A stretch of 64,000 bases of DNA from Bacilli bacterium (GTDB lineage Bacteria > Bacillota_I > Bacilli_A > RF39 > UBA660): the NCBI GenBank assembly GCA_017404555.1, contig JAFRCD010000010.1:8416-72415 (forward strand). Direction: 5' to 3'. Position 1 is the first letter of the stretch, and every line of letters starts with the position of its first letter. The position numbers were made by a program, and so were the translations under genes. Shown here in pieces: positions 37,205 to 46,311 of this stretch. Below the pieces are notes generated by a model. It was not told the origin of the DNA, did not search any database, and saw nothing but the letters and a program-made list of their open reading frames with translations.

Positions 37205-38584
37205 ATGAAGAAAACATTTAATTTGTACAATATAACTTTAATACTCGTAATAGTATTAGCATCATTACTAGCATTCAAAGCACCAGAAGTAAGAGCATCT
37301 GGAACAGTAACATGGAGTGGACCTAGTTCCATAACTATTAGAAACACAATAAATGAGGTAATGAATCCTATGGATGTGTCTTTGACGTATGTAATAGAGG
37401 CCGATAGTGATAATCCCTCTGGAGCTAGTGGGGCTCCTACCAATGTTACAGCAGCATTTACAAGAACTTCACCAACAGTTTCTAATTATACATTAACTAA
37501 AACAGCAGTCCTTAGTTTTAGTAATATGACATTTACCGATCCGGGCGATTATACTTATAATGTTATTTTTGGTACTGATGATATTGGTGATATCGGTGGT
37601 GATCATGCCGTATATGTGGTCCCTGAGTTTACTGCCAATTATTCTCAGTATAAAGTAGTTATTTCTGTGAGAAATATAGTTGATAGTAATAATAATCCAA
37701 CTGGGAATTATACAGCCAGTCTGATACTACAAGAGTGTAATGATGAACAATCAACAGAACTTGTTTGTTCTAAAATCAATTCAGAAAGTGGAGTTTTATA
37801 TGCTGACTATGATTATGCCACTACAAATATGTCAATGGGTGCAATTACGAAAACAGTAAAAGGTATAGGGGCAGACACTACCGAGTATTTTCCATTTACT
37901 ATATCAATAGATGATGAAGATGGTACTTTTGATGGCTGGGTATTTCCTGTTACTATTTATGAGGATATTTATTCTAATAATCCAACAGATGTTACTAATA
38001 TTTCAGTTAACTATAATGGCCAAACAAGGACACAACCAACCAGTATTACTAGTGGCGGTTCTTCAATAACACTTTATTTAAAACACAATCAAATAGCTGT
38101 TATAGGGGCAGTGATAAATGAAAACAATCCGGGCGAAGCTCTTATGGGGATTCCGGGGGGAGTCTCTTGTGGTAATGATTCTGGTACCACATCTGGTCAA
38201 AGCAATCATATTAATAAAAAGTTTGAATTAAAAAATCTTATTCAAGCACCTGATACATCTTCCAAGAACAAAGTTATTCAATTAGGAGATAGTACGCTTT
38301 GTGGAGGAGACAAATGGTCAGTTCAGGAAGAACAAGGTGATTATACGCCTTCATATGCATTTATTAACGGCGGCTCTTCAGAAGAGACTGAAGGTAATTC
38401 GTTCTCTGATGTTCGTTTTCCGCATAATAATACCTCTCAAGTTATATTCACCAATACTAAAGAGATGTCGCCTGTTACAGGGCTAATTTTTACAATACTT
38501 CCATACTTAATACTAGCAGGTATAGGTGTTGGAGGAACTCTTCTAATAATGTATTTAAAGAAAGAAGAAAAAGCAAATCAATAG
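37205..38584 (+). CDS. Cell-wall-anchored pilin/adhesin-like surface protein with an SPVTG sorting signal (paralogue 1)
   Basis: Signal peptide. Pilin-type motifs 'FTDPGDYTYNV', 'TKTVKGIGADTTEYFPFTISI' and 'LYLKHNQIAVIG'. C-terminal 'SPVTG' (38468-38482), then a TM segment and a 'KKEEK' tail. Confidence 0.7.
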   Translation: MKKTFNLYNITLILVIVLASLLAFKAPEVRASGTVTWSGPSSITIRNTINEVMNPMDVSLTYVIEADSDNPSGASGAPTNVTAAFTRTSPTVSNYTLTKTAVLSFSNMTFTDPGDYTYNVIFGTDDIGDIGGDHAVYVVPEFTANYSQYKVVISVRNIVDSNNNPTGNYTASLILQECNDEQSTELVCSKINSESGVLYADYDYATTNMSMGAITKTVKGIGADTTEYFPFTISIDDEDGTFDGWVFPVTIYEDIYSNNPTDVTNISVNYNGQTRTQPTSITSGGSSITLYLKHNQIAVIGAVINENNPGEALMGIPGGVSCGNDSGTTSGQSNHINKKFELKNLIQAPDTSSKNKVIQLGDSTLCGGDKWSVQEEQGDYTPSYAFINGGSSEETEGNSFSDVRFPHNNTSQVIFTNTKEMSPVTGLIFTILPYLILAGIGVGGTLLIMYLKKEEKANQ

Positions 38585-38597
38585 ATTTGCTTTTTTG
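38571..38597 (+). terminator. Rho-independent terminator
   Basis: GCAAATC/GATTTGC stem followed by T6. Confidence 0.7.
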
Positions 38598-38640
38598 TTT
38601 AGTGACGGGTATAATAAATATATAAGAAAGTGGTGATAAT

Positions 38641-39648
38641 ATGAAAGTTGCAATTAATGGTTTTGGAAGAATAGGAAGGTTAGTATTAAGATTATTAGAT
38701 GGTGATAGTGATTTAGAATTAGTAGCTATCAATGATTTATCTAAACCAGAGGACTTGGCTTATTTATTAAAATATGATACTAATCATCGTAATTATAAAG
38801 TAGATAGTATTACTAGTGATGAAGATGAACTTATAATTGATGGAAAACATATTAAAGTATTTGCTGAAAGTGATCCTTCTAAGCTACCTTGGAAAGATTT
38901 AGATGTTGACATTGTTTTTGAATGTACAGGACATTTCACTGATAAAGATAAAGCTAATGCTCATATTCAAGCTGGTGCTAAAAGAGTAATTATTTCAGCT
39001 CCTGCTACAGGTGATTTAAAGACAATAGTTTATGGTGTTAATGAAGAAACACTAGATAGTAATGATATTATTATTTCAGCTGCTTCTTGTACTACTAATG
39101 CCCTTGCCCCAGTAGTTGATGTTATTGATAAGGAATATGGGATTGTTAAAGGCTTCATGAATACAGTCCATGCCTATACTAATGATCAAGCCACTTTAGA
39201 TATTGCCCATCCAAAAGGGTATATGTCTCGTCGTGGTAGAGCTTGTGCTATGAATATTGTACCAGCTTCTACTGGTGCTGCTAAAGCTATTGGTAAAGTA
39301 ATACCAAAACTAGAGGGTAAGTTGGATGGTATGGCTCTAAGAGTTCCTACCTCAACTGGTTCAGTTATTGATATTGTTTTAGAACTTGAGAAGAATACTA
39401 CTAAAGAAGAAATAAATAGCTTATTAGAAAGTAAAAAAGGTGATGTTATTGGCTTTACAATGGACCCAATTGTATCTAGTGATGTCATTGGTACCAACAA
39501 GGCTACAGTAGTTGATGGTTTATCTACGAATGTCTTAGATGTTGATGGCAAACAACTAGTAAAAGTAATCACCTGGTATGATAACGAGATGGGCTACACC
39601 ACTCAAATGGTTAGAACAGCTAAGTATTTCAGTAAAATTATGAATTAA
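38641..39648 (+). CDS. gap: Glyceraldehyde-3-phosphate dehydrogenase, type I
   Basis: 'MKVAINGFGRIGR', active-site 'SCTTNALAP' and 'WYDNEMGY'. Confidence 0.95.
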   Translation: MKVAINGFGRIGRLVLRLLDGDSDLELVAINDLSKPEDLAYLLKYDTNHRNYKVDSITSDEDELIIDGKHIKVFAESDPSKLPWKDLDVDIVFECTGHFTDKDKANAHIQAGAKRVIISAPATGDLKTIVYGVNEETLDSNDIIISAASCTTNALAPVVDVIDKEYGIVKGFMNTVHAYTNDQATLDIAHPKGYMSRRGRACAMNIVPASTGAAKAIGKVIPKLEGKLDGMALRVPTSTGSVIDIVLELEKNTTKEEINSLLESKKGDVIGFTMDPIVSSDVIGTNKATVVDGLSTNVLDVDGKQLVKVITWYDNEMGYTTQMVRTAKYFSKIMN

Positions 39649-39664
39649 AATTCATAATTTTTAT
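39637..39664 (+). terminator. Rho-independent terminator overlapping the gap stop codon
   Basis: ATTATGAATT/AATTCATAAT perfect 10-bp inverted repeat followed by T5. Confidence 0.7.
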
Positions 39665-39670
39665 TATGGG

Positions 39671-39699
39671 TTGACCGACCGACCGACCTATGATATAAT
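39671..39699 (+). promoter_or_regulatory. Near-consensus promoter TTGACC-17-TGaTATAAT whose spacer is built from a (GACC)4 repeat
   Basis: TTGACC at 39671-39676 and TATAAT at 39694-39699, with a counted spacer of 17 nt. Confidence 0.65.
39673..39688 (+). repeat. Tetranucleotide repeat (GACC)x4
   Basis: GACCGACCGACCGACC read directly. It is a GC-rich island in AT-rich sequence. Confidence 0.95.
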
Positions 39700-39717
39700 A
39701 TTTATAGAGGTGATAGT

Positions 39718-40572
39718 ATGAAAGACAAAAAATGGCTAAAAGACATGCGTATAAAACATAATCTTACCCAAGAAAAGTTGGCAATTAATACAGGTTTATC
39801 TAAGTACACAATTGAGAATATTGAACAGGGTAAACGTAAAGGTGACAAAAAAACTTGGGATGCTATAGAAAAGTATTTTGCCAACACTAGTAAAAAGAGA
39901 TCTCCTAAGAGTTTGTTTTTAAAAGCAATTGAAAAACAACATTATTATGAAAACTTTATTACCCGAAGTATTAAAAGTTCCAATGCCATTGAAGGGAATA
40001 CTTTGTCGTATGCGGAAACATATTCGATAGTGTTTGCTGATGAATCATTACCATTACAAAATATTAATCCACGGGAGTTATATGAAGCTATCAATTTGAA
40101 GTATGCTTTAAACTATTCACTAGAACACTTAAATAGTTTTAATACTAGTTTGGTTATCAAGATAAACGAATTAATTAATAAAAACATTAAAGATACTAAA
40201 GGGTATAGGACAGGTAAAGTCTTGATAAAAGGTGCCGATTTTGTTCCTCCTCAAGCTTCTTTAGTTCCAAGTATGTTAAACGAACTTATTTACCAATACC
40301 AAAATAGTGAAGCTCCCCTTTTAGAGAGGATTGCCTTCTTTCATATTGGTTTTGAACGGATTCATCCTTTTGAAGATGGTAACGGTAGGACAGGAAGGGT
40401 TTTAATAAATCACATGTTAATAAATGAAAATCAAGTTCCGCTCGTTATTCCCGAAGAAAAAAGGATAGAATACTTTGAGTATCTACAAAACGAAGATACA
40501 ATAGGTTTAGCTAAAATGTTTGCAGATCTACAAGAAAAAGAAAAAGCTAAAATAAAAGAGTATACTAAATAG
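39718..40572 (+). CDS. XRE-HTH / Fic-domain fusion protein (putative AMPylase)
   Basis: N-terminal HTH 'LKDMRIKHNLTQEKLAINTGLSKYTIENIEQGKR'. Inhibitory-helix-like 'SNAIEGN' (SxxxEG). Fic motif 'HPFEDGNGRTGR'. Confidence 0.85.
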   Translation: MKDKKWLKDMRIKHNLTQEKLAINTGLSKYTIENIEQGKRKGDKKTWDAIEKYFANTSKKRSPKSLFLKAIEKQHYYENFITRSIKSSNAIEGNTLSYAETYSIVFADESLPLQNINPRELYEAINLKYALNYSLEHLNSFNTSLVIKINELINKNIKDTKGYRTGKVLIKGADFVPPQASLVPSMLNELIYQYQNSEAPLLERIAFFHIGFERIHPFEDGNGRTGRVLINHMLINENQVPLVIPEEKRIEYFEYLQNEDTIGLAKMFADLQEKEKAKIKEYTK

Positions 40573-40628
40573 AAAATTGAATTTATAAGCAAATAAAGGT
40601 ATAATAATAAAAGAAAGAAGAGGTCCAT

Positions 40629-41795
40629 ATGAAGACTATTGAAACATTAGATTTAAAGAATAAGAAAGTAATTATTAGATGTGATTTTAATGTGCCTATT
40701 AAAGAAGGAAAAATACTTGATGATACTAGAATAGTTAGTGCCTTAAAGACAATTAAATACTGTCTAAGAAAGAATGCTAAAGTAATACTTATGTCCCATT
40801 TAGGTAGAATTAAAACTAAAGAAGATCTTTCTAAAAACGATTTAAAAGTAGTTGCTGATTACTTAAGTGAATTACTTAAAAAAGAAGTACTATTTTCTTC
40901 TAAAACGAGAGGTAAAGAATTAGAAGAAATGATAGATAAAATGAATTCAAAGGACATTCTTTTAATTCAAAACACTCGTTATGAAGATTTAGATGGTAAT
41001 AAAGAGAGTTCTAATGATAAAGAATTAGGAAAGTACTGGGCTTCTTTAGGAGATGTTTTTATTAATGATGCTTTTGGTATGATTCATAGGGCGCATGCTT
41101 CTAATGTCGGTATTGCGGAAAATATCCAGGAAAGAGGAATTGGGTTCTTAATTATGGAAGAACTAGATAAATTAAGTGAACTTGATAATCCAGCTCATCC
41201 TTTCATTGTTATAATGGGAGGAGCCAAAGTATCTGATAAAGCTAAAATGATGGAAAATCTATTAAAAAAATGTGACTATATTTTAGTTGGTGGAGAACTA
41301 GCTAATACCTTCTTAGTTGGGGAAGGTTATGACTTAGGTTCTTCACTAGTAGAAGAAGAATCTATTAAGTATTGTCAGAAGGTCCTAAAGAAATATGCTG
41401 ATAAAATAATCTTACCAATTGATTTCAAAGTAAATAATGAAATAAGTAATCGTGATTATGTTATTAAAGATATTACTGAGTTTAATTATGATGACATTGC
41501 GATGGATATTGGTGATCGTAGTGTTAAAATATTCAAAAAACATCTACAAAAAGCTAAATTGGTTTTATGGAATGGACCATTAGGTGCTTATGAATATTCT
41601 AATTATCGTCGTGCTACTTTAGATGTTTTGAACTTTCTAGTAGATAAAAACATTAAGACTATTATTGGTGGTGGTGATATTGTCGCAGCTTCTACTGATT
41701 TCAAAGATAAAATCTATCATATATCAACTGGAGGCGGAGCCACTTTAAAATACTTAGAAGGAAAAAAATTACCTAGTTTAAAGATAATGGAGTAA
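40629..41795 (+). CDS. pgk: Phosphoglycerate kinase
   Basis: 'IIRCDFNVP', 'SHLGR', 'FINDAFG' and 'GGGDIVAA...STGGGATLKYLEGK'. Confidence 0.95.
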   Translation: MKTIETLDLKNKKVIIRCDFNVPIKEGKILDDTRIVSALKTIKYCLRKNAKVILMSHLGRIKTKEDLSKNDLKVVADYLSELLKKEVLFSSKTRGKELEEMIDKMNSKDILLIQNTRYEDLDGNKESSNDKELGKYWASLGDVFINDAFGMIHRAHASNVGIAENIQERGIGFLIMEELDKLSELDNPAHPFIVIMGGAKVSDKAKMMENLLKKCDYILVGGELANTFLVGEGYDLGSSLVEEESIKYCQKVLKKYADKIILPIDFKVNNEISNRDYVIKDITEFNYDDIAMDIGDRSVKIFKKHLQKAKLVLWNGPLGAYEYSNYRRATLDVLNFLVDKNIKTIIGGGDIVAASTDFKDKIYHISTGGGATLKYLEGKKLPSLKIME

Positions 41796-41798
41796 AAT

Positions 41799-42812
41799 AT
41801 GGAGTTTGTAAAGAATCTTAGAAAAAATACAATAGTTCTCCTATTGATAACTTTTGTTGTTCTGTTTTTTGTCTTAAAAGATGACTTTAATGATATTATT
41901 GATACCCTTTTTAAGATGAAGTATGGCTTTATTGCTTTAGCAGTTTTATTTGTCTTTATATTCTTATTTATTAAGGCTTTCATTTCTTATAAAACAGTTA
42001 AAGAAAAGGAGAAGTACTCCTTATTAGAAGCATTAAAACATACAGTAATAGTACAATTTTTCAATGGTATTACCCCTTTTTCTACTGGTGGTCAACCAAT
42101 GGAAATATATATGTTAACTAAACATGATATAAGTGGTAGTAGAGCAACTTCAATAGTAGTACAGAACTTTATCTTCTATCAGACAGCCTTAGTTATTTTC
42201 GGTATTTTTGCCGTAGTAATGAACTATTTTTGTGAATTCTTTCCTAAAGTACCATTACTAAGAGAATTAGTATTATTAGGATTTATTATTAATACTTTAG
42301 TATTATTAGGAATCTTATTAATAGCTTTTTCTTCTAGATTTACGGGTTTCTGTTTAAAAATGGTTCTAAAAATTACTAAGAAGATTAAAGTGTTTAAAGA
42401 TAATAAAAAAACAAAAGAAAAATGGGAGAATAGAATAAAAGAGTTTAATAGTTGCGCTAAAGAACTAAAGAATCGCAAATTATTCTTTGTTTCTAGTGTT
42501 TTATTAAATATTGTTAGTTTAGCATTTTTCTATGCTATTCCTTATATTATTGTTAGAGGAACACCTAATTTAGAGAATATTACTCTAATAGAGAGTTTAG
42601 TGGCCTCAGCCTATGTTTTAATTATTGGTTCCTTTGTACCAATACCTGGGGCTTCAGGAGGTATTGAATATGGGTTCTTGGCTTTCTTTGGAAACTTTAT
42701 TCCTGGAAAGATTACCCCCGCAATCCTTCTAGTATGGCGCTTTATTACTTATTATCTACCAATGATAATAGGAGGTATATTATTTAGTTTTGATCGAGGT
42801 GAGAGCAAATGA
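41799..42812 (+). CDS. Flippase-like membrane protein (lysyl-phosphatidylglycerol synthase TM-region / UPF0104 family)
   Basis: Eight or so TM helices, 'FFNGITPFSTGGQPMEIY' and 'PIPGASGGIEYGF'. Confidence 0.65.
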   Translation: MEFVKNLRKNTIVLLLITFVVLFFVLKDDFNDIIDTLFKMKYGFIALAVLFVFIFLFIKAFISYKTVKEKEKYSLLEALKHTVIVQFFNGITPFSTGGQPMEIYMLTKHDISGSRATSIVVQNFIFYQTALVIFGIFAVVMNYFCEFFPKVPLLRELVLLGFIINTLVLLGILLIAFSSRFTGFCLKMVLKITKKIKVFKDNKKTKEKWENRIKEFNSCAKELKNRKLFFVSSVLLNIVSLAFFYAIPYIIVRGTPNLENITLIESLVASAYVLIIGSFVPIPGASGGIEYGFLAFFGNFIPGKITPAILLVWRFITYYLPMIIGGILFSFDRGESK

Positions 42813-44038
42813 GAATAGGACTTTTTACTGATACTTATCCACCTTTTATTAACGGAGTATCAACTAGTGTAGAAATGCTTAAGAATGCTTTAGAAAAGAA
42901 AGGACATACAGTATATATAGTTACTGTTAATGAAAGTACAGTTAAGTATAATTATGATGAAGAAAATCATGTTTTAAGAGTACCAAGTATACCAATTGGT
43001 TGGTATAACTATCGAATGAGTGGTACTTATCCTATTAGAGGAATTAATATAATTAAAAAATGGAAATTAGATGTTATTCATTCTCATACTGAACTAGGTA
43101 TAGGTATTATAGGAAGAATAGTTTCTAAACAGTTTAATATTCCTCTTGTACACACATATCATACAATGTATGAAGATTATACCCATTATGTAGCTGGTGG
43201 TCACCTTAAGCATACTAGTAAAGCAGCTCTTAAGTATTTAACAGAGTTTTATTGTGATAAGACTGCTACTGAACTTATCGTACCTACCGCAAAAACATAT
43301 AAATTATTTAAAGATAAATATAAATTCGAAAGAAACATTCATATTATTCCTAGTGGTATTGAAGTAGATCGTTTCTTTAAAGAAAATGTTGATAGTAAAG
43401 AAATTCAACTCCTTAAGAAAAATCTTAAAATTACCAAGAACGACTTTATCATGCTCTTTGTAGGTCGATTAGCTAGTGAAAAGAATGTTGAATTCCTACT
43501 TGATTTAGAAGAAAAGCTTCTTAAGAAGAATAAGGCTTTTAAGCTATTAATAGTAGGAGATGGACCTGATAAAGAGAAATATGAGGAGATTGCTAAAAAG
43601 AAAAAGATTGATGCTAATACAATCTTTACTGGTAAAGTAGCTTGGGATGATATGCCATTATACTATCATTTAGCTAATATCTTTATCACAGCCTCTATTA
43701 CGGAGACTCAAGGATTAACTGTTATTGAAGCAATGGCTTCTGGACTTGCTCCTTTCTGTATTGATGATCCAGCCTTTTTATCAATGTGTACCGATGAACT
43801 TAACTCTGTTATCTTTAAAGACTTAGATGACTGTTATAAAAAGATAATAGAGTTCCATGGTAATAAAGAAAAACAAAAACGTTTAAACTCACAAGCTCGT
43901 ATTCAATCTGAACACTTATCTTCAGCTCGTTATGCTGATAGTGTTTTAGAAGTGTATGAGCACGCTATTAAAGAAAAGAATAAAAACCGGTACGGAATTA
44001 TATCGGCTATATCTAGAAAAATAAAAAAAGACAAGTAA
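42809..44038 (+). CDS. GT4-family glycosyltransferase, glycolipid (diacylglycerol glycosyl) synthase-like
   Basis: 'MRIGLFTDTYPPFINGVSTSV', 'FVGRLASEKN' and 'ETQGLTVIEAMASG' (EX7E region). Overlaps the upstream flippase-like gene. Confidence 0.75.
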   Translation: MRIGLFTDTYPPFINGVSTSVEMLKNALEKKGHTVYIVTVNESTVKYNYDEENHVLRVPSIPIGWYNYRMSGTYPIRGINIIKKWKLDVIHSHTELGIGIIGRIVSKQFNIPLVHTYHTMYEDYTHYVAGGHLKHTSKAALKYLTEFYCDKTATELIVPTAKTYKLFKDKYKFERNIHIIPSGIEVDRFFKENVDSKEIQLLKKNLKITKNDFIMLFVGRLASEKNVEFLLDLEEKLLKKNKAFKLLIVGDGPDKEKYEEIAKKKKIDANTIFTGKVAWDDMPLYYHLANIFITASITETQGLTVIEAMASGLAPFCIDDPAFLSMCTDELNSVIFKDLDDCYKKIIEFHGNKEKQKRLNSQARIQSEHLSSARYADSVLEVYEHAIKEKNKNRYGIISAISRKIKKDK

Positions 44039-44053
44039 AAACTTGTTTTTTTA
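44028..44053 (+). terminator. Rho-independent terminator
   Basis: ACAAGT/ACTTGT stem, A4 loop, then T7. Confidence 0.6.
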
Positions 44054-44060
44054 TTCGACA
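44054..44060 (-). promoter_or_regulatory. Perfect Spo0A '0A box' (TGTCGAA on the minus strand) upstream of spo0A
   Basis: TTCGACA is read on the + strand, about 45 nt upstream of a candidate TATAAT (44104-44109). Confidence 0.45.
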
Positions 44061-44142
44061 AAACTTGTCTTTTTTTGCTCTTTCCAAACAGCCAGTTCTA
44101 GTATATAATGATACTACATGGTAGTATATGGAAGGAGAAATG

Positions 44143-44907
44143 ATGAAAAAAACGAAAGTTCTGATGATTGATGATAATAAGGAACTTGTAACCATGATTG
44201 AAGAGTATTTTAAAAATGAAGAGGATATTGAAATGGCTTTTAAAGCCTATGATGGAGTAGAAGGACTAGAACTGATTGAGAAGAAACAGGAACAGTATGA
44301 TTTAATAATATTAGATCTAGTTATGCCTAAAAAAGATGGGTTATATGTCTTGGAGAAAATGAAGAAGAAAAAGATTAATAAAGATGTTATAGTACTTACT
44401 TCGTATAATGCTCCAGATATGATTAGAAAGACTTCAGAATTAGGTATTAGCTATTTCATTTTAAAGCCTTTTGAATTAGATGATCTTAAAGAAAAGATTG
44501 AAGAAGTTGTTGATGGTGTTAACTATCAAGCTAAATCAATGGATATTTATAAGAACAATTTAGAGAAATCAATTACGAAGATACTCCATGAACTAGGAGT
44601 ACCATCACATATTAAAGGATATCAATATATAAGAGAAGGGATAATTACTCTTTATAATAAACCAGAAGTAATAGGTGGAATAACTAAAGAATTATATCCT
44701 GATATTGCCAAAAAATTTGATACGACAGTATCTCGTGTAGAACGAGCAATCAGACATGCTATTGAAGTGAGTTGGAATAGAGGTAATTGGGATTTAATGG
44801 AAGAAATATTTGGCCATAGTGTCGACATTGATAAAGCCAAACCCACTAATTCAGAGTTTATCGTAACTATTGCTGATAAATTAAGACTAGAATTTTCCTA
44901 TCTATAA
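44143..44907 (+). CDS. spo0A: Sporulation master response regulator Spo0A
   Basis: Receiver domain ('[14 protein letters not shown]') plus the Spo0A-specific effector '[19 protein letters not shown]...[31 protein letters not shown]...[17 protein letters not shown]'. The start could also be 44128 or 44140. Confidence 0.9.
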   Translation: MKKTKVLMIDDNKELVTMIEEYFKNEEDIEMAFKAYDGVEGLELIEKKQEQYDLIILDLVMPKKDGLYVLEKMKKKKINKDVIVLTSYNAPDMIRKTSELGISYFILKPFELDDLKEKIEEVVDGVNYQAKSMDIYKNNLEKSITKILHELGVPSHIKGYQYIREGIITLYNKPEVIGGITKELYPDIAKKFDTTVSRVERAIRHAIEVSWNRGNWDLMEEIFGHSVDIDKAKPTNSEFIVTIADKLRLEFSYL

Positions 44908-44931
44908 AGCAGAAATAGCTGCTTTTTTTTA
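44906..44931 (+). terminator. Rho-independent terminator
   Basis: AAAGCAG/CTGCTTT stem followed by T8. Confidence 0.7.
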
Positions 44932-44988
44932 TTGAAAGAAAAGCAAATGTTTTATATAATATAAGTATAAGATAATAAGGAGAAGTCT

Positions 44989-46251
44989 ATGAAAAAAGTA
45001 TTAAATATTAAAAATATGGGACTATTATTAATAATAGTATTAATAGCTGTATTAACTATAAATACTAAAGAAGCAAAAGCAGCAGGAACAGTAACTTGGA
45101 GTGGACCAAGTAGTATAACTATTAGAGATACAATACATAATATAGCTAATCCTATAGTGGCTAGTACGAAGTGTGTTCTTTTTGAGGGGGGTGATACTCA
45201 TGATGATGTGGCAACTACAACAATAAACTATACAGCGAGTGATACACCAACTAACTATCAAATAACTAAATCCGCAACAATGAATTTATCAAGCCTAACA
45301 TTTACAAAGCCGGGTGATTATTCATACAACTTAGTTGAGGAGCTGCTTAATTCAAATGCTGAAGCATTTTGGCCTGGCGAGGATGCCCCCTATTATAAAG
45401 TGACAATATCAGTAAGAAATATTGTAGATGCAAACAATGTGCCAACAGGAAACTTTACTGCATCATTAATAATAGAAAAATGTATAAGCGGAAATATCTG
45501 TTCAAAAATAAATCCCGTAAGTGGGAATTTGATTGTCGATTTTGATTATGAAACCAATCCTGAAAGCTTTGGCCATATTGAAATATCCAAAACAGTAAAA
45601 GGTATAGGTGCAGATATCAATGAATACTTTCCATTTACAGTTTCAATTGATGATGCAGATGATGCTTTTGATGGATGGGTATATCCAATAAGCGGAATAG
45701 ATTCAACTGTGACATATAATGGAAGTACAGTAAGTAATCCAACAACTATAACAAGTGGTACTCCAACAACAATATATTTAAAACATGGTCAAACAGCTAT
45801 CATAGGACAAGTTACAAGCGGAGGAAATACATTTGATGCAATCCCAAATTTTTATTGTACAGGTGGTGGCCATTCTCCTACCGTCACATCATATAATTTT
45901 TCAAAAAATCTTAGAATTAGGAAACTCGCTAATATAGATGGGAAAACCTGCTATGGAAGTTATGTTTCTATTTCTGAGAATTCAGGTAGCTATACTCCCT
46001 CAATTTCTCTAGATGGAAGTGATTATATAAGTGGTGATTCATTTGATGATATAGATGGATTAGACTTAATAGATAATACAAGTTTACCGGTTGAATCTGA
46101 AACCAATGCTTATTATTTTGTAAATACTAAAGAAATGTCACCAGTGACAGGATTAATCCTTACAATATTACCTTATTTAATACTAGCTGGTATAGGTATA
46201 GGAGGAACCCTTCTAGTAATGCACTTAAAGAAACAAAAAGTAGATGCTTAA
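44989..46251 (+). CDS. Cell-wall-anchored pilin/adhesin-like surface protein with an SPVTG sorting signal (paralogue 2)
   Basis: Same N-terminus 'GTVTWSGPSSITIR', 'FTKPGDYSYNL' and 'SKTVKGIGADINEYFPFTVSI'. C-terminal 'NTKEMSPVTG' (46138-46152) followed by a TM segment and a basic tail. Confidence 0.7.
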   Translation: MKKVLNIKNMGLLLIIVLIAVLTINTKEAKAAGTVTWSGPSSITIRDTIHNIANPIVASTKCVLFEGGDTHDDVATTTINYTASDTPTNYQITKSATMNLSSLTFTKPGDYSYNLVEELLNSNAEAFWPGEDAPYYKVTISVRNIVDANNVPTGNFTASLIIEKCISGNICSKINPVSGNLIVDFDYETNPESFGHIEISKTVKGIGADINEYFPFTVSIDDADDAFDGWVYPISGIDSTVTYNGSTVSNPTTITSGTPTTIYLKHGQTAIIGQVTSGGNTFDAIPNFYCTGGGHSPTVTSYNFSKNLRIRKLANIDGKTCYGSYVSISENSGSYTPSISLDGSDYISGDSFDDIDGLDLIDNTSLPVESETNAYYFVNTKEMSPVTGLILTILPYLILAGIGIGGTLLVMHLKKQKVDA

Positions 46252-46265
46252 TATCTACTTTTTAT
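46238..46265 (+). terminator. Rho-independent terminator
   Basis: GTAGAT/ATCTAC stem followed by T5. Confidence 0.6.
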
Positions 46266-46311
46266 TTGAATATTTATTTAATATGTGGTATCTTTTCTAT
46301 GGAGATAGGGT

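Noticed and set aside
37205-46251. The two pilin-like paralogues as boundaries of a mobile element or an invertible segment.
   Set aside because: They are direct repeats rather than inverted ones. The enclosed genes (gap, pgk, spo0A) are core functions, and no recombinase is present.
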